DNA of 64,000 nt, taken from the NCBI RefSeq assembly GCF_009914755.1, contig NC_060930.1. One strand, 5' to 3'. This document shows, piece after piece, positions 15,569-29,700 of this stretch. Each line of letters opens with the position of its first letter. The first letter of the stretch is position 1. A model generated the notes under the pieces. The model was not told the origin of the DNA. It saw only the letters and a list, made by a program, of their open reading frames with translations, and searched no databases. This DNA is from the human T2T-CHM13v2.0 reference genome, Homo sapiens. Both the position numbers and the translations under genes were made by a program.

Positions 15569-17429
15569 GTGGTTCTCATTCTTTAAGTATTTATAACAGA
15601 TCTTTTAAACTTAACATAATTTTCATTGTGCTTTCTTCATTAATATTCACAATTTTTTGCCCAGGAACCCCTGAATACTACATATTTTAAAACCTGCTAT
15701 GCCAAATATGATTGTTTGAAAGGCGAAAGGGATATATATGGATTAAATACCCAGAAAGATTTGGGTTTCAAGCCTCTGCTAAACCTAAAAATACAGAAAG
15801 ATAAAAGGAGGATGAACCCCTTGGGTTTCTGAATGAATCTGTGTAGTGCCCGAACAGGTCAACAAGTATTAGAAGAGAGATGGGTGCTCTAAGAAGACTG
15901 AAGGCTAAGATGAACGAATAATACTTTTCATAAGACAGATTTATACTAAGACTGACATTTAAAATTGATATATGAACTACTGAGTCTTCCCTCCCCATCT
16001 AAGATTATATTTCTGCTAAATAAACTATTGCTTTTTAGAGCATTATGATGTTTCTTCAGTATAGCCAAGACCAATTTTCTTGAAATTCCTACTAAAATGC
16101 AAACTACTGCTAATATAGCCAAGACTTCTGAACAACGTTATTTAGCCAAAGTCTTTTCATATCAGATTCTAATCTAGTCATAATATGTTTGACTGCTAGC
16201 TATGTTTCAGAGAAATCTTATTCAAGTAAATATTAAATGAGAATAAAAGTCACTGCAAAATCCAAACTGAATATACAACGTATATCAGAAATGCTAAAAT
16301 ACCATAATCACTTAAACAGATAATCATCTTTATGCTTCAGTCCATGAATTTCAAAACTGAATGATATTAACCTTCTTTTAGATATGAAGAAAGAGGCACC
16401 TAGAGGTAATGCTTAGGGTCACTTAGGACAACTTCAGAATGATCCAGTTGCTGGTAAGAAAATCTGAGCTTTAAAAAGTGGTGCCTTAGGCTCTGAGAGG
16501 CCACTTCTCAATTTGCTGGAATGGTTCACATGTGGATATGTGGATCCTCAGTGTCTCCTTTTTTAATTTATTTATTGACATTCATTTGTTGTTCTGCTTG
16601 GACTTGCTGCAAATATTTCTTGGAAAACTTGATTTAGATATCACAGATCTCACATCTTTACTGAAATGTATAGTGTGTCTTTTTCCTACTTTTATTTAAT
16701 TGGAAGGTTCCATTGTCAGGTTTTAACAAATGTGGTCCACACCTAAAACTGACACATGCTTCTGACTATGAGATTTTGCATCTCTGGCAAATGGTGAGAC
16801 CAAGCCTCGGAGATAGCACCAGAATGAGATGTATGAAGAATAGTGAAACTAGAGACACAATATCTCACGAAGCACATGACAAGGTCTAACCCTTGCAAAA
16901 AATGCAGGTACTATAATTAAACCAATACACACAGTCCTCCTCTCTTGGCTTCATGAGCTTAGGGATTTCTTAAGAACCCAATGTTTACATGGGTAAGTGA
17001 TCTAAAAGCAGTATTGGTTTTATATTTTAATAAATCAATGTTGCATACCTTTAAATGGAATCTTTTAATTTTTGTCAGAAAGTAAGGAAATAAGAATGCA
17101 CCATAATAATAAAATGCTACGTGTACTGTTTTATCTTTGTAATCTATTTTCAAAATGATGACCTCACACAGCCCTGTAGATAAGCCACTATACCAACTTG
17201 ATTCTCATTCTCATGAAGGACAAAACTGAGCTGAAATCACTTGGATAGAATCACAGTTAACCAAAACAAGTTGATATCTCAGGCTCCTCACATTAAACTG
17301 TAGGCACTTCCTACAGGTTGTTCTCACAAAATCAGCCACTGCCTTCAATGCATTAAAGTGGAATCTCAGAGGAGAGAGTTTTAATCCTGTAATGCTTCTT
17401 GTTGGATAGGACAAAAACCAACTATATTT

Positions 17430-17570
17430 AGGACTGGTTATTAGGTACACTAGACTTGTCCCAACTTTGCCACAAGTAGCCTGGAGGCCTCAAGCCAGTC
17501 GCTTAAACTCCTTGGGTCTATAAAATGATTTGGATGACCTTTAAAGTTTTTCACACTTCTAAGGATGCTT
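17430..17570 (+). mobile_element. MIR/MIR3 fragment
   Basis: Degenerate MIR core (agtcgcttaaactccttggg, ctataaaatg, gatgacctttaaag). Confidence 0.5.
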
Positions 17571-19893
17571 AAATCTATGAAGAGGTTTCCAAGAGTTTGT
17601 CTGAACACTAAATAACATAAGTATTCTGAAAAGTGTGGATAAATCAAACATTTATCTTGGAGAAAAAGAATTAGTAGATTTCACTTTTTGAAAGCCCTGG
17701 TGCAGTTCCTGGAGGAAACAGCACACATTTGAAATGTTAACAGATACCACATCACAAACCCACTAACATCTGTGACATCCTTGTTGCTTGCTGACATGGC
17801 AGCCTGCAGGGATTTTTCTTTGCACTAGACAGAGGATCCATATAATCACAAAATGATGCTCCATGCCAAATGCTTCCTCCCAAGAAACAGAACTAAACAA
17901 ACTCTTATTGAAAGTGAAATCACCTCTGGAATGAGTTACAAAATGGAAATAGTATTTACTAGTTTCTGGTCACATCTACACAACTGAGTGAGGAAAAACA
18001 ATATTTAGGCATGTAGGAGCTACATTTTCAGTCTCTCCTTGGGTATAGAAAGTTGCAGGGAAGAACAAATCAGTGCCTTTTGTTTTGAAGTCTGGGCACA
18101 CATGGTGTGATAGGGAAATGAAGGTCTCATAACTCTTTATAATAAAATGTGACTCAAATTACTGATTAAACTCCCTTTCTCTCTCTCAGGATGCATTGTC
18201 CAATTAACCTAAGACTTTTCTAAACTATTTTAGTGAGCTCTTGGCTAGCAGGGCCCAGTCACAAAGACAATTAACTGGTCCCTGTAGGTGAGAGTTGGGG
18301 GAAATGTAGGGATTAAGTAGTAAAGAATAAAAATGATGAGCAGATGACTATTTCCATAGGAGATGATATTAAAAAGCCACAAGGATGGAGGTGTTGAGAG
18401 GATATATTTGTGAAGTTGTACCTAATTGGGACCAATTTTGCCCACTTTAAAAATGTTGTACTCTGAGATAGAATGTTGAAATAAGAGCCAAACAGCGCAA
18501 AGCAGATTTCCTTCACTGTTTCTACATGAATTGTGTGCCAAGCTTGTTGATCAGGAGCTGGCAGTTTCCCTTCACTTTGGTGAGATTTGGAAAGTGTCTA
18601 TGAGCCAGCTGACCAAGGAGGTGTGTTGAGGGTGTTGTTTTAACGTTGTGGTCATCACAGGGATTGGTTCACTTGGGCCTTATTTGCCCACGGCACTCAG
18701 GAGATTTCTATGAAGAACTTACACTAAGGGAAGAAAAGTAAATGTGTGCAAATTTGGCTCAAGGACAGTAGACTAAGACATAAGGGGAAGTGATTTTTTG
18801 GATTATGTGGAGACCATACTGTCACCTATTTCAACATGAGCCCTTGGAAGAGGAGCTTTTACAAAAGTGATAGTAAAAACCAAATAGTAATACAAAAAAA
18901 AAACTATTTTGTTAATTAAATTATCTGATATTTTTAAGGCATAGGTCTCATTTCTTTGGATTCTCTATATTGAGGCATAGAGATTAAAAAAAAGGGCACA
19001 ATTGGGCCATATTAAGGCACACAAGGTAACATATGGCTAGACTACAGAAGTGGAATAGCAAAGAAGTAGGAAGGGTGTAAAACTGGCACCACTGTACAGG
19101 CATTGGTTGGCCAGGCTTCATTCCCTTCTGCGAGAGGCCTTCAGTAATCCAGAGGGAAAGGTGGAAATGGTAATCATCGCAAGGAGATTCAAATACCTGC
19201 TTCATGTACCCAGAAAAGACACCCTCTAGGGGACTCCTAGAAAAATTTGAGAAGACTGGAGTCACAAAAATGCTGTCTGGTTTACGTTAAACACAACTGG
19301 AATTTTATCCTAAACTTCTGTGGTTACATAAGCGAAGAGCAGATAACTTCCATGCAGGCTTATTAACTGTTTCCTCCATGATGTCATAATCCTGTTGCTT
19401 TTTTCAGCAAGGTAACAAAATAGTTTTAATAAAACCAATAATAACAATTCCCCTCCAAAAGGCTGGTAATCCCCATTTTGTGACATTAGGCCTGCAGTTC
19501 TGGGTTACTAAGTGAATTAATTGGTATTATGGTAGATGCCAGAGGATTCCCCAGTGTTTTGTGATGGTGACAGAAGCATATTAAGAACCACAAATAAAAA
19601 TAGCAACATAATTAAAATATGAAGTAAAGCTATGAAGTTCAAACTCAGCCTGTTTAATTGTTAATGCTCAGGCCTCTTGACAAGAAAAGATTTTGCCTTT
19701 TGAAGATACCTCATTGTAATGTTTTAAATTAAATATAGATTATTTTTGTGGAATTAGCTCAACTTTGAAATAATGCTACTTTGATTTGATTTTTTTCCCT
19801 GAAGTTTTTTTTAAATCTGCTAGATCTATACTATGCCGCTGGTACCAGGTCATTCACCTACTGCCAGTGGCTTGTTGGAATTCTGGGGGTTTC

Positions 19894-20984
19894 TTTTTTA
19901 TATATACTTTTTAAGTTCTGGGATACATGTGCAGAACGTGCAGCTTTGTTACATAGGTATACATATGCCATGGTGGTTTGCTTTACCCATCAACCCGTCA
20001 TCTACATTAGGTATTTCTCCTAATGCTATCCCTCCCCTAGCCCCCCACACCCTGACCAGCCCCAGTGAGTGATGTTCCCCTCCCTGTGTCCATGTGTTCT
20101 CATTGCTCAACTCCCACTTAAGAGTGAGAACATGGAGTATTTTGTTTTCTGTTCCTGTGTTAGTTTGCTGAGATGATGGTTTCCAGCTTCTTCCATGTCC
20201 CTGCAAAGGACATGAACTCATCCTTTTTTATTACTGTATAGTATTCCATGGTGTATATGTGCCACATTTTCTTTATCCAGTCTATCACTGATGGGCATTT
20301 GGGTTGGTTCCAAGTCTTTGCTATTGTGAATACTGCTTCAGTAAACATACATGTTCATGTGTCTTTATAGTAGAATGACTTATAATCCTTTGGGTATATA
20401 CCCAGTAATGGGATTGCTGGGTCAAATGATATTTCTGGTTCCAGATCCTTGAGGAATCACCACACTTTCTTCCACAATGGTTGAACTAATTTATACTCCC
20501 ACCAACAGTGTAAAAGCATGCCTATTTTTCCACATCCTCTCCAGCATCTTTTGTTTCCTGCCTTTTTAATGATAGCCATTCTAACTGGCATGAGATGGTA
20601 TCTCATTGTGGTTTTTATTTGCATTTCTCTAATGATGTGATGATGAGTTTTTCTTCATATGTTTGTTGGCTGCATAAATGTTTTCCTTTGAGAAGTGTCT
20701 GTTCATATCCTTCACCCACTTTTTGATGGGGTTGTTTGTTTTTTTCTTGTAAATTTGTTTAAGTTCCTTGTAGATTCTGGATATTAGCCCTTTGTCAGAT
20801 GGATAGATTGCAAAAAATTTCTCCCATTGTGTAGGTTGTCTGTTCAGTCTGATGATAGTTTCTTTTGCTGTACAGGAGCTCTTTAGTTTAATTGGATCCT
20901 ATTAGTCAATTTTGGCTTTTGTTGCCATTGCTTTTGGTGTTTCAGTCATGAAGTCTTTGCTCATGCCTATCTCCTGAATGGTAT
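19894..20984 (-). mobile_element. 5'-truncated L1PA7-like element
   Basis: 3' end aagttctgggatacatgtgcagaacgtg...ccctcccctagcccccc plus ORF2 C-terminus; no TSD found. Confidence 0.92.
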
Positions 20985-21299
20985 GTTAAAGGGACACACT
21001 CCATGTGTATCATATTAGGTACTTTTGTGAATCACACAGTATGTCTACCATTCTGCAGAATCTAATCAGGGATCTGGTTTAAGCTTGGTTCACAAATCTC
21101 TCAAGATCTTATTAGCTCCAATATTAGAATACCTTCTTTATCTCTCCTCAGTGTTGTCTACTTCCTATTGTCAGTGCCACACAAAACAAAAAAGGCAAAA
21201 GAAGGAGATCCTGATGCTTAGCTGCTTTAGGAGTCTTGCCTTGTTTAATATATCATGACTTACACCATTCACCACTAAGTTCAGCATTCCGCATTTTTC

Positions 21300-21860
21300 C
21301 TATTTTTTAACTGAAGCATAAAATGTATAAAGTGATATATATATATATATATATAAATCTGAAGTGTACAGCTTAATAAATTTTTATGTACAGTGACACC
21401 TGTGTAACCATTACACTGATTAAATACAGAAGATTTCTGGAAGGTCTCCTCATGCCCCCTGCCAGTTAGTACCATGGTCCCAGAGCTAAACATCCTTCTG
21501 ACTTCTCTACACACAGAATCAATTCATTTATATCTGGCTTCTTTCTCTCAACAAGGTATCTGTGAGATTCAATCAAGTTGTTGCATATATTGGTAGTTTG
21601 ACATTTTTATGTGTCTTGCCACATTCTACTGTATGAATCTACCACATTTTATTTATTCTTCAGATTGTAAACATTTGGATTGTCTCCATTTTTTACTTTT
21701 GTTAGTGAACCTGCTCAAAACATTCTTGTATCTTTCAGTGAACATAGGATTTATATCTCTTGGGTGGATAACAGATACAGGTTAAATTTACTAGTTACTG
21801 ACAGTTTCCAAAGTGTTTGAACCTTTCAATTGCTCCCCATTATTACCAAGCATTTAGTAT
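21300..21860 (-). mobile_element. Old L1ME 3' fragment with (TA)n
   Basis: aaatctgaagtgtacagcttaataaattttt...cacctgtgtaacca, ttgggtggata; highly diverged. Confidence 0.7.
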
Positions 21861-21864
21861 TTTT

Positions 21865-22360
21865 CTTTTTTAATTTTAAAATAATTATAGACTATAGAGA
21901 ATTGCAAAAATAGTATGGAGGGGGTCCTGGTTATGCTTTAACCAGTTTCCCTCAGTGATTACATGTTACATAACCATAGAAAAATATCACAACCAGGGAA
22001 CTGACACTGATACAATATGCATGTATAGTTCTATGCCATATTATCACATATGTGGATTTGCATAACCAATGTTCCAGACAAGATACAGAACTACTCCAAC
22101 ACCATGAAGATCTCCTTGCGCTATCCCTTTATGGTCACATGTACCCCGCTTTTCCCACCATACCTAACTCTTGTCAATGACTGATCTGTTCTTCATCTCT
22201 ATAATTTTATCACTTCAAGAATGTAATTAAAGTGGAACCATATAGTAGTGACTTTTTGAGATTAGCTTTTTTTCATTCAGCATAATGCCTTTGAGATACA
22301 TCCAAGCTATTGCATATGTATTGTATGTGATGTTTATTGTAGGGTAGTATCCCAGGACAT
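21865..22360 (-). mobile_element. L1MC/L1MD 3' end
   Basis: ttttaaaataattataga...ttgcaaaaatagta...aaccagggaactgacactgatacaat. Confidence 0.75.
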
Positions 22361-22829
22361 GACTTGACCTCAGGTTCTAGGGCATTTGTCCAATGGAGGA
22401 AAGAAGCTGTTGTTGTATGTGGTAAATATAGTTTGAATGGATAGTTTTCATAGAAAACTTACAGAAGTCATGCCAAATGAGCAGGTGACAGCAATGATGA
22501 TGTTGATGGTGATAATCAGAACATGCTCCCTTGAAGAAAAGTCTGTTAAGAAACTTCCATTGAATTGTTGCCAGTGTCCCCATCAAGTAACAGGTATGAG
22601 TCAGTCCCTTTAAGCACTGTGTGTTACATTTCCTAGAAATAAAAATAAAGAATGAGTAGTGGAGAGAGATCCTCGAGTAAGCTCTTGGGTATGAGGGTGC
22701 TCCCCAGCTTACACTAGATTGTTGACAGGTTTATTAAAGTAAAAACCATTTAAAAATTACAAATTTATTTATTCATTTGATGAAACCTACTCTGTCACAT
22801 AGATGTCTCAGATGTTTTATTTCCTTTTA

Positions 22830-22960
22830 TCACCAACAAATCAGTAAGGAAGGTATTATTATTGCTACAATTTAGAAATGAGGAAACTGAAACACAGAGG
22901 ATTAAATAATCGGCTCCAGAAACATGGCTAGTATGTAATGGAGTCAGATTACATTCTCTG
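22830..22960 (-). mobile_element. MIR
   Basis: attattatt...aatgaggaaactgaaacacagaggattaaataat core. Confidence 0.7.
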
Positions 22961-23330
22961 TGGTATTAGTTGGGCCTGCAGTCAACTGGAGGCTCTTGAA
23001 GCTGGACCATCCAAGAGGGCTCCCTTACAGACTACCAATGTGTTCTGGCTTTGACTAGGAGCACAGCTGGCACCAACAAAGTACCTTCATTCTTTTCGAT
23101 ATGGCTGCTTCACGGAGCTTCTAACAGTATGATGGCAGAGGAAATGCCTTAAGCATGAAGGCAGAAGCTGAAGATTTCTTAAGGCTCAGCCTCTGCACTT
23201 GTATATTAATAGCATTACTTCTGCTGCATTCTATTGGTCAAAGCAGTCATAGGGCCAGCTTTGACCTATCAAATGAAGGGGATACTGAAAAAAGGAGCAA
23301 AGAATTTGGGCTGCCTTTATTTCATCATAA
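22960..23330 (-). mobile_element. Old MLT1 (J/K-like) LTR fragment
   Basis: cattacttctgctgcattctattggtcaaagcagtcatagggccagc motif. Confidence 0.65.
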
Positions 23331-24343
23331 GTATTGAATAATTCAAACAAAACAAAATTATCTGGGACAACTGTTGCTTTAATGATCCAGGAGAGTTTTG
23401 GGTTCTTGCAGTTGACTTGATATTTGGTATAATTTCATTATGTTTCAGCTGACAGAGTCTGATATTTAAAACTAAAGATTTAATTGATAAATAGAATTTA
23501 ATTAATAGGATTAATAATTCAAAATGTATTATAGTCTAAGATGAATTTTTTAAGCATCACAACTTCATAATTAAATGGCCTCAGGTATTATGGACTTCAC
23601 ATTCAGTCAATCTTTTACTTCCTTTATGGGAACTAGAGTCTATGAGAGACCTTGCAATGTTTGAAGCGGAACTATTAAGCATGGGAAATTATTTTTGAAA
23701 AACGTGATCAAAACTTAGGTAAATAGTGCCATTCCTTTCTAAATAATTTTGGGAAGTTATACAATGATTTCAATGACACTGCCTTACAAAAAAATGAATT
23801 TCAGGAACTGTTATTTTGCATTTTGCTTTTAGAGTTTGTAACAGTTTGAAAATCCTTGAATGTGATTAACTTTTTAAGTGCTGTGAGCCACATGGACCTA
23901 ATTCTGATGAATGTGTTGAGTGTTCAAACTAGAAATCCTGGTTTTGGTGCCTAACAAGGTTTAATTGACAAGCTAATAGGATAGATTTTTGTCTTGTGTC
24001 TTATAAGTTAATTTCTGATAATAGTTTCAAAAAAAATCCAGATATGTTTTGAGCAGTAGCATTCTATTAAATAATTGTACCTCTCATGGTCTCTACTGTG
24101 AAGACAGCACACATTTGGATGCGTTAGTTCTAATAAACACTAATTAATTTTTAAACTGAGAAAACAGATTATTTGTCATTGTCTTGTATCACATAGTCTG
24201 ATCTCATGTTTTTCTTATATCTTTTATTAATATACTATGTACATATTAATATTATATATAGTGCCTATCTTTTAAATTTTAGAATAAGGATATGGATATA
24301 TTATCTCATAAATATATTATTCAGCTTAGAAAGGAGGAAATTC

Positions 24344-24662
24344 GGCTGGGTGCTGTGACCCATAACTGTAATCCCAGCACTTTGGGAGGCTGAGGTGTGT
24401 GGATCACCTGAGGTCAGGAGTTTGAGACCAGCTTGGCCAACATGGTGAAACCCCATCTCTACTAAAAATAAAAAAAATTAGCGGGGTATGGTGGCGTGGG
24501 CTTGTAATCCCAGCTACTCAGGAGAATTGCTTGAACCTGGGAGGCAGAGATTGCAGTAAGCCAAGATCCGGCCACTGCACTCCAGCCTGGGTGATAAAGT
24601 GAGACTCCATCTCAAAATAAAATAAAATAAAATAAAATATTTTAAAAAAATTTAAAAAGAAA
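24344..24662 (+). mobile_element. AluSx-like
   Basis: Dimeric Alu with A-tail; 16-bp TSD agaaaggaggaaattc (24328-24343) / agaaatgaggaaattc (24663-24678); 13-bp deletion between caggag repeats in the right arm. Confidence 0.95.
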
Positions 24663-26781
24663 AGAAATGAGGAAATTCAGATACAGATCATTTAAGAGAC
24701 TTTTTTTCAGCAACATTAGATAATAGATGTTAGAACCATAATAAAACCATTGGGTTTTTTCCCCTATATTTCAGTGCTCGTCCTTTTCAAAATCAGACAA
24801 GTTGCCTAACGTGTTTTAAAAATCGCAAAATAAGTCAGCTATTTCATAAATATGTTTGGATCTAGAAGAATTAAAGTAAAATAATATTTTAATGGGACAG
24901 CACCTAAAAAAGTATTTGCATGATTGATCTAACCACTAATTTTTCCCATAATAATCTCTTTTGATTTAGTAAATGATTGTGTTTTCATCGCTTTTGGGTA
25001 AGTGAATTGTTTTCCTTGTTTCTAATTTTGTATTCTAATCAAGATGCTTTAGTGTCACTTTATGCCAGGGCACTTTAAAAACTTGATTTTTCTAAGCACT
25101 AATCACAGGATCAGTAGCACCTGTACCCTATGCCAGTCTGTGAACACAGCTGTTTTTCAATAAATGTCTATGGAAAAAAGGGATCCTTATTCCTGACATA
25201 ATCGCTAAGAATAACATGTCCCTTTCTCAGATGGAGAAATTGCCTTTTGCCATGAATGGCTGTGCCACTCTGTTTTACAATTCCTGGTCTACTCTAAGTA
25301 CTTTAGGAACTCCTTGCTTAGAGCTGTTTCTCTGTGTATGTCTCAGCAGAGCAGAGAATACAGGTCATTGCAACAAGCCCTGGTCCAGAAATTTTCTCAT
25401 CACAGACATGGCTATCCTCCTTGCATTGTCTACAATTTCTTTCTTTAATTAGATGAAAGTTTCCAATAACATTAGCCCAAAAGAACTGTAATCAGAACTT
25501 TAAATCTCCCTCTTTAACAAAACAAAACAAAACAAAACAAAACTCATGCTCAGCCATAATAGCAATCTTATAGGCATTCTAAAACTGAGTTCTCTGAACT
25601 CTGCAAAAGGTTGCTTTTGCTCCTGGCATGAACAGTTTTCTCTTCAATCTTGTTCTCACCAATATCAGTCTCCATCTTTCTGTTCAATACAGAAAGTGTT
25701 GAGTTTTAGGTGGAGTAAATGCAGAAGGGTGGGTTAGGTGGCCTTTTTCTTCCCTCTAGAAAGTGTTCCAGAGGTGAAGACTTTTGCAGAATTATTGATA
25801 TTTCTTTTTTACTTTGAAACAAAGAGAAAAACCTTTATGATAAATTCTTGTTTCCATATTGTAAATAGTAGCAGGGGAATCTCTCAAATTGCCTGACAGC
25901 AGAAATATGTTAAGCCTTCTTTTGTATAAAGAAAAGAGTAGAGAGGTTCCAAAAAATGAAAAAAATAGCTATAGACTGTGCCAATTTGGGTTCCAAATTT
26001 GTCAAATTTTTGTTCTTAAGCCTTTAAAAGGCCAATGCTCTACAACTTTACCTTGAGGCAAATCCTCAGTCAGTTAAACTAAGGCTTAGTCAGTTAAACA
26101 AAGGCTTTAATTTCTAAAATTAAGTTTGGCACATCATTTTGTGTAGACCAGAGGGTACTTGCTCTCCAAACAAGTGAACGTGAATTTATGTGTGTGTATG
26201 TTTGGTGCATAAGGGTTAAGAAATGGTTAAAAAGGATTAAGGGGGGAGGCTTATAAAAATACAATAATTCCCTCTAAGCCCTCAGCTAATTATGTAAATA
26301 TTAAATTAGTGAGGATTGGAGTACTTAACTGTATTACATAGGAGAAAGTAGATGAAGATAAGAAGGAGGCAGGGCCCAGAATTAGGTTCTGCTCCTGTCA
26401 AACACTCAGTGAGGATTAGCTATAGTTCTGGGCCAAGACAGCAGTCCTTCCCCAAAGGGAAGACATCAGCCCCAGTAATTTGAAAAGTGCCTCTCGCTAA
26501 GGCTGCTGATAAAAATTGTTCACATTCAGAGAATTCCTTTTTTTGGAAAGCAGTAATTAGTTAGGTCTGGCTAATTTTTCTAATTAATTTCTATCACTCT
26601 TTTCCTAAAGTGAGAGAGGAAAAAAAGGCAGAGAGGGAGCATGATATTTGTCTTTAAAGGACTCACAGTAGAATGCTTTATTTTAAAAAATAGTTTTAAT
26701 ATTTTGGTTTCTGTAGTAAAAAACAAACCTACAGAAATAGAAAAATACCACAAAATACTCTTCAAATAGAATGAAATTTTC

Positions 26782-29700
26782 TTTATTATTATTATTATTA
26801 TTATTATACTGTAAGTCTAGAATACATGTGCAGAATGTGCAGGTTTGTTACATAGGTATAAGTGTGCCATGGTGTTTTGCTGCACTCATTAACCTGTCAT
26901 CTACATTAGGTATTTCTCCTAACGGTATTCTTTCCCTAGCCCCCCACCTGCTGAAAGGACCCGGTGTGTGATGTTCCCCTCCCTGTGTCCATGTGTTCTC
27001 ATTGTTCAACTCCCACTTAAGTATGAGAACGTGTGGTGTTTGGTTTCCTGTTCCTATGTTAGTTTCCTGAGAACGAAGATTTCCAGCTTCATCCATATCC
27101 CTGCAAAGGACATGAACTCATCCTTTTTTATGACTGCATACTATTCCATGGCGTATATATGCAACATTATCGTTATTTAGTCTGTCATTGATGGCCATCT
27201 GGGTTGGTTCCAAGTCTTTGTTATTGTGAATAGTACTGCAATAAACATACACATGCATGTGTCTTTATAGTAGAATGATTTATAATCCTTTGGGTATATA
27301 CCCAGTAATGGGATTGCTGGGTCAAATGGTATTTCTGGTCCTAGATCCTTGAGGAATCGCCACACAGTCTTCCACATGGTCAAATTAATTTACACTCCCA
27401 ACAACAGTGTAAAAGCATGCCTATTTTCCCACATCCTCTCCAGCATCTGTTGTTTCCTGACTTTTTAATGATCACCATTCTAACTGGCATGAGAGGGTAT
27501 CTCATTGGGGTTTTGATTTGCTTTCCTTTAATAACCAGTGATGATGAGCTTTTTTTCATATATTTGTGGGCCACATAAGTGTCTTCTTTTGAGAAGTATC
27601 TGTTCATATCCTATGCCCACTTTTTGATGGGCTGTTTCTTTCTTATAAATTTGTTTAAGTTCTTTGTAGATTCTGGATTTTGGCCCCTTATCAGATGGAT
27701 AGATTGAAAAAGTTTTCTCCCATTCTGTAGGTTACCTGTTCACTCTGATGATAGTTACTTTTGCTTTGCAGAAGCTCTTTCGTTCAACTAGATCTCATTT
27801 GTCAATTTTGGTTTTTGTTGCCATTGCTTTTGGTGTTTTAGTCATGAAGCCCTTGCCCATGCCTATGTCCTGAATGGTGTTGCCTAGGTTTCCTTCTAGG
27901 GTTTTTATGGTTTTAGGTCTTATGTTTAAGTCTTTAATCATCTTGAGTTAATTTTTGTATAAGGTGTAACGAAGAGGTCCAGTTTCAGTTTTCTGCATAT
28001 GACTAGCCAGTTTTCCCAACACCACTATTAAACAGGGAATCCTTTCCCCATTGCTTGTTTTCATCAGGTTTGTCAAAGATCAGTTGGTTGTAGATGTGTG
28101 GCATTATTTCTCAGGCCTCTGTTCTGTTCCATTGTTCTATATATCTGTTTTGGTACCAATACCATGCTGTTTTGGTTACTGCAGCCTTGTAGTATAGTTT
28201 GAAGTCAGGTAGCATGATGCCTCCAGCTTTGTTCTTTTGGCTTAGGATTGTCTTGGCTATACGGGCTCTTTTTTGGTTCCATCTGAAATTTAAATTAGTT
28301 TTTTCTAATTCTGTGAAAAAAGTCAATGGTAGCTTGATGGAGATGACATGGAATCTATAAATTAACTTGGGCAGTATGGCCATTTTCACGATATTGATTC
28401 TTCCTACCCTTGAACATGAAATATCTTTCCACTTGTTTGTGCCCTCTCTTATTTCCTTGAGCAGTGGTTTGTAGCTCTCTTTGAAGAGGTTCTTCACATC
28501 CCTTGTAAGTTAGATTCCTAGGTATTTTATTCTCCTTGTAGCAATGGTGAATGTGAGTTCACTCATTATTTGGCTTCCTGTTTGTCTATTATTGGTGTAT
28601 AGGAATGCTTGTGATTTTTACACATTGATTTTGTATCCCGAGACTTTGCTTAAGACGCCTATCAGCTAAGGAGATTTGGGGCTGAGACAATGGGGTTTTC
28701 TCAATATACAATCATGTCATCTGCAAACAGATAATTTGACTTCCTCATTTCCTATTTGAATACATTTTATTTCTGTCTCTTACCTGATTGACCTGGCCAG
28801 AAATTCCAATAATATGTTGAATAGGAGTGATGAGAGAGGGCATTCTTGCCTTGTGCCAGTTTTCAAAGGGAATGCTTCCAGCTTTTGCCCATTCAGTATG
28901 ATATTGGCTGTGGGTTTGTCATAAATATCTCTTATTATTTTGAGATACGTTCCATCAATACCTAGTTTATTGAGAATTTTTAACATGAAGAGGTGTTGAA
29001 TTTTATCGAAGGCCTTTTATGCATCTATTGAGATAATCATGTGGTTTATGTCATCGGTTCTGTCTATGTGATGGATTATGTTTACTGATTTGTGTATGTT
29101 GAATGAGCCTTGCATCTCAGGGATGAAGCCGACTTGATCGTGGTGGATAAGCTTTTTGATGTGCTGCTGGATTTGGTTTGCCAGTATTTTATTGAGGATT
29201 TTCGCATTGATGTTCATCAGGGATTTTGGTTTAAAATTTTCTTCTTTTATGTCTCTGCCAGATTTGGGTATCAGGATGATGCTGGCCTCATAAAAGGAGT
29301 TAGGGAGGACTCCCTATTTTTCTATTGATTGGAATAGTTTCAGAAAAAATGGTACCAGCTCCTCTTTGTACCTCTGGTAGAATTCAGCTGTAAATTTGTC
29401 TGGTCCTGGACTTTTTTCAGTTGGTAGGCTATTAATTACTGCTTCAATTTCAGAACTTGTTATTGGTATATTCAGGGATTCAATTTCTTCCTGGTTTAGT
29501 CTTAGAAATGTGTACATGTCCAGTAATTTATCCATTTTTTCTATATTTTCTAGTTTATTTGCACAGAGGTGTTTATAATATTGTCTGATGGTAGTTTGCA
29601 TTTTTGTGGGACCAGTGGTGATATCCCCTTTATGACTTTTTTATTGTGTCTCTTTGATTCTTCTCTTTTTTCTTCTTTATTAGTCTCAATAGTGGTCTAT

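Noticed and set aside
26068-26107. 20-bp tandem duplication agtcagttaaac(t/a)aaggctt
   Set aside because: Ordinary slippage duplication with no functional clue.
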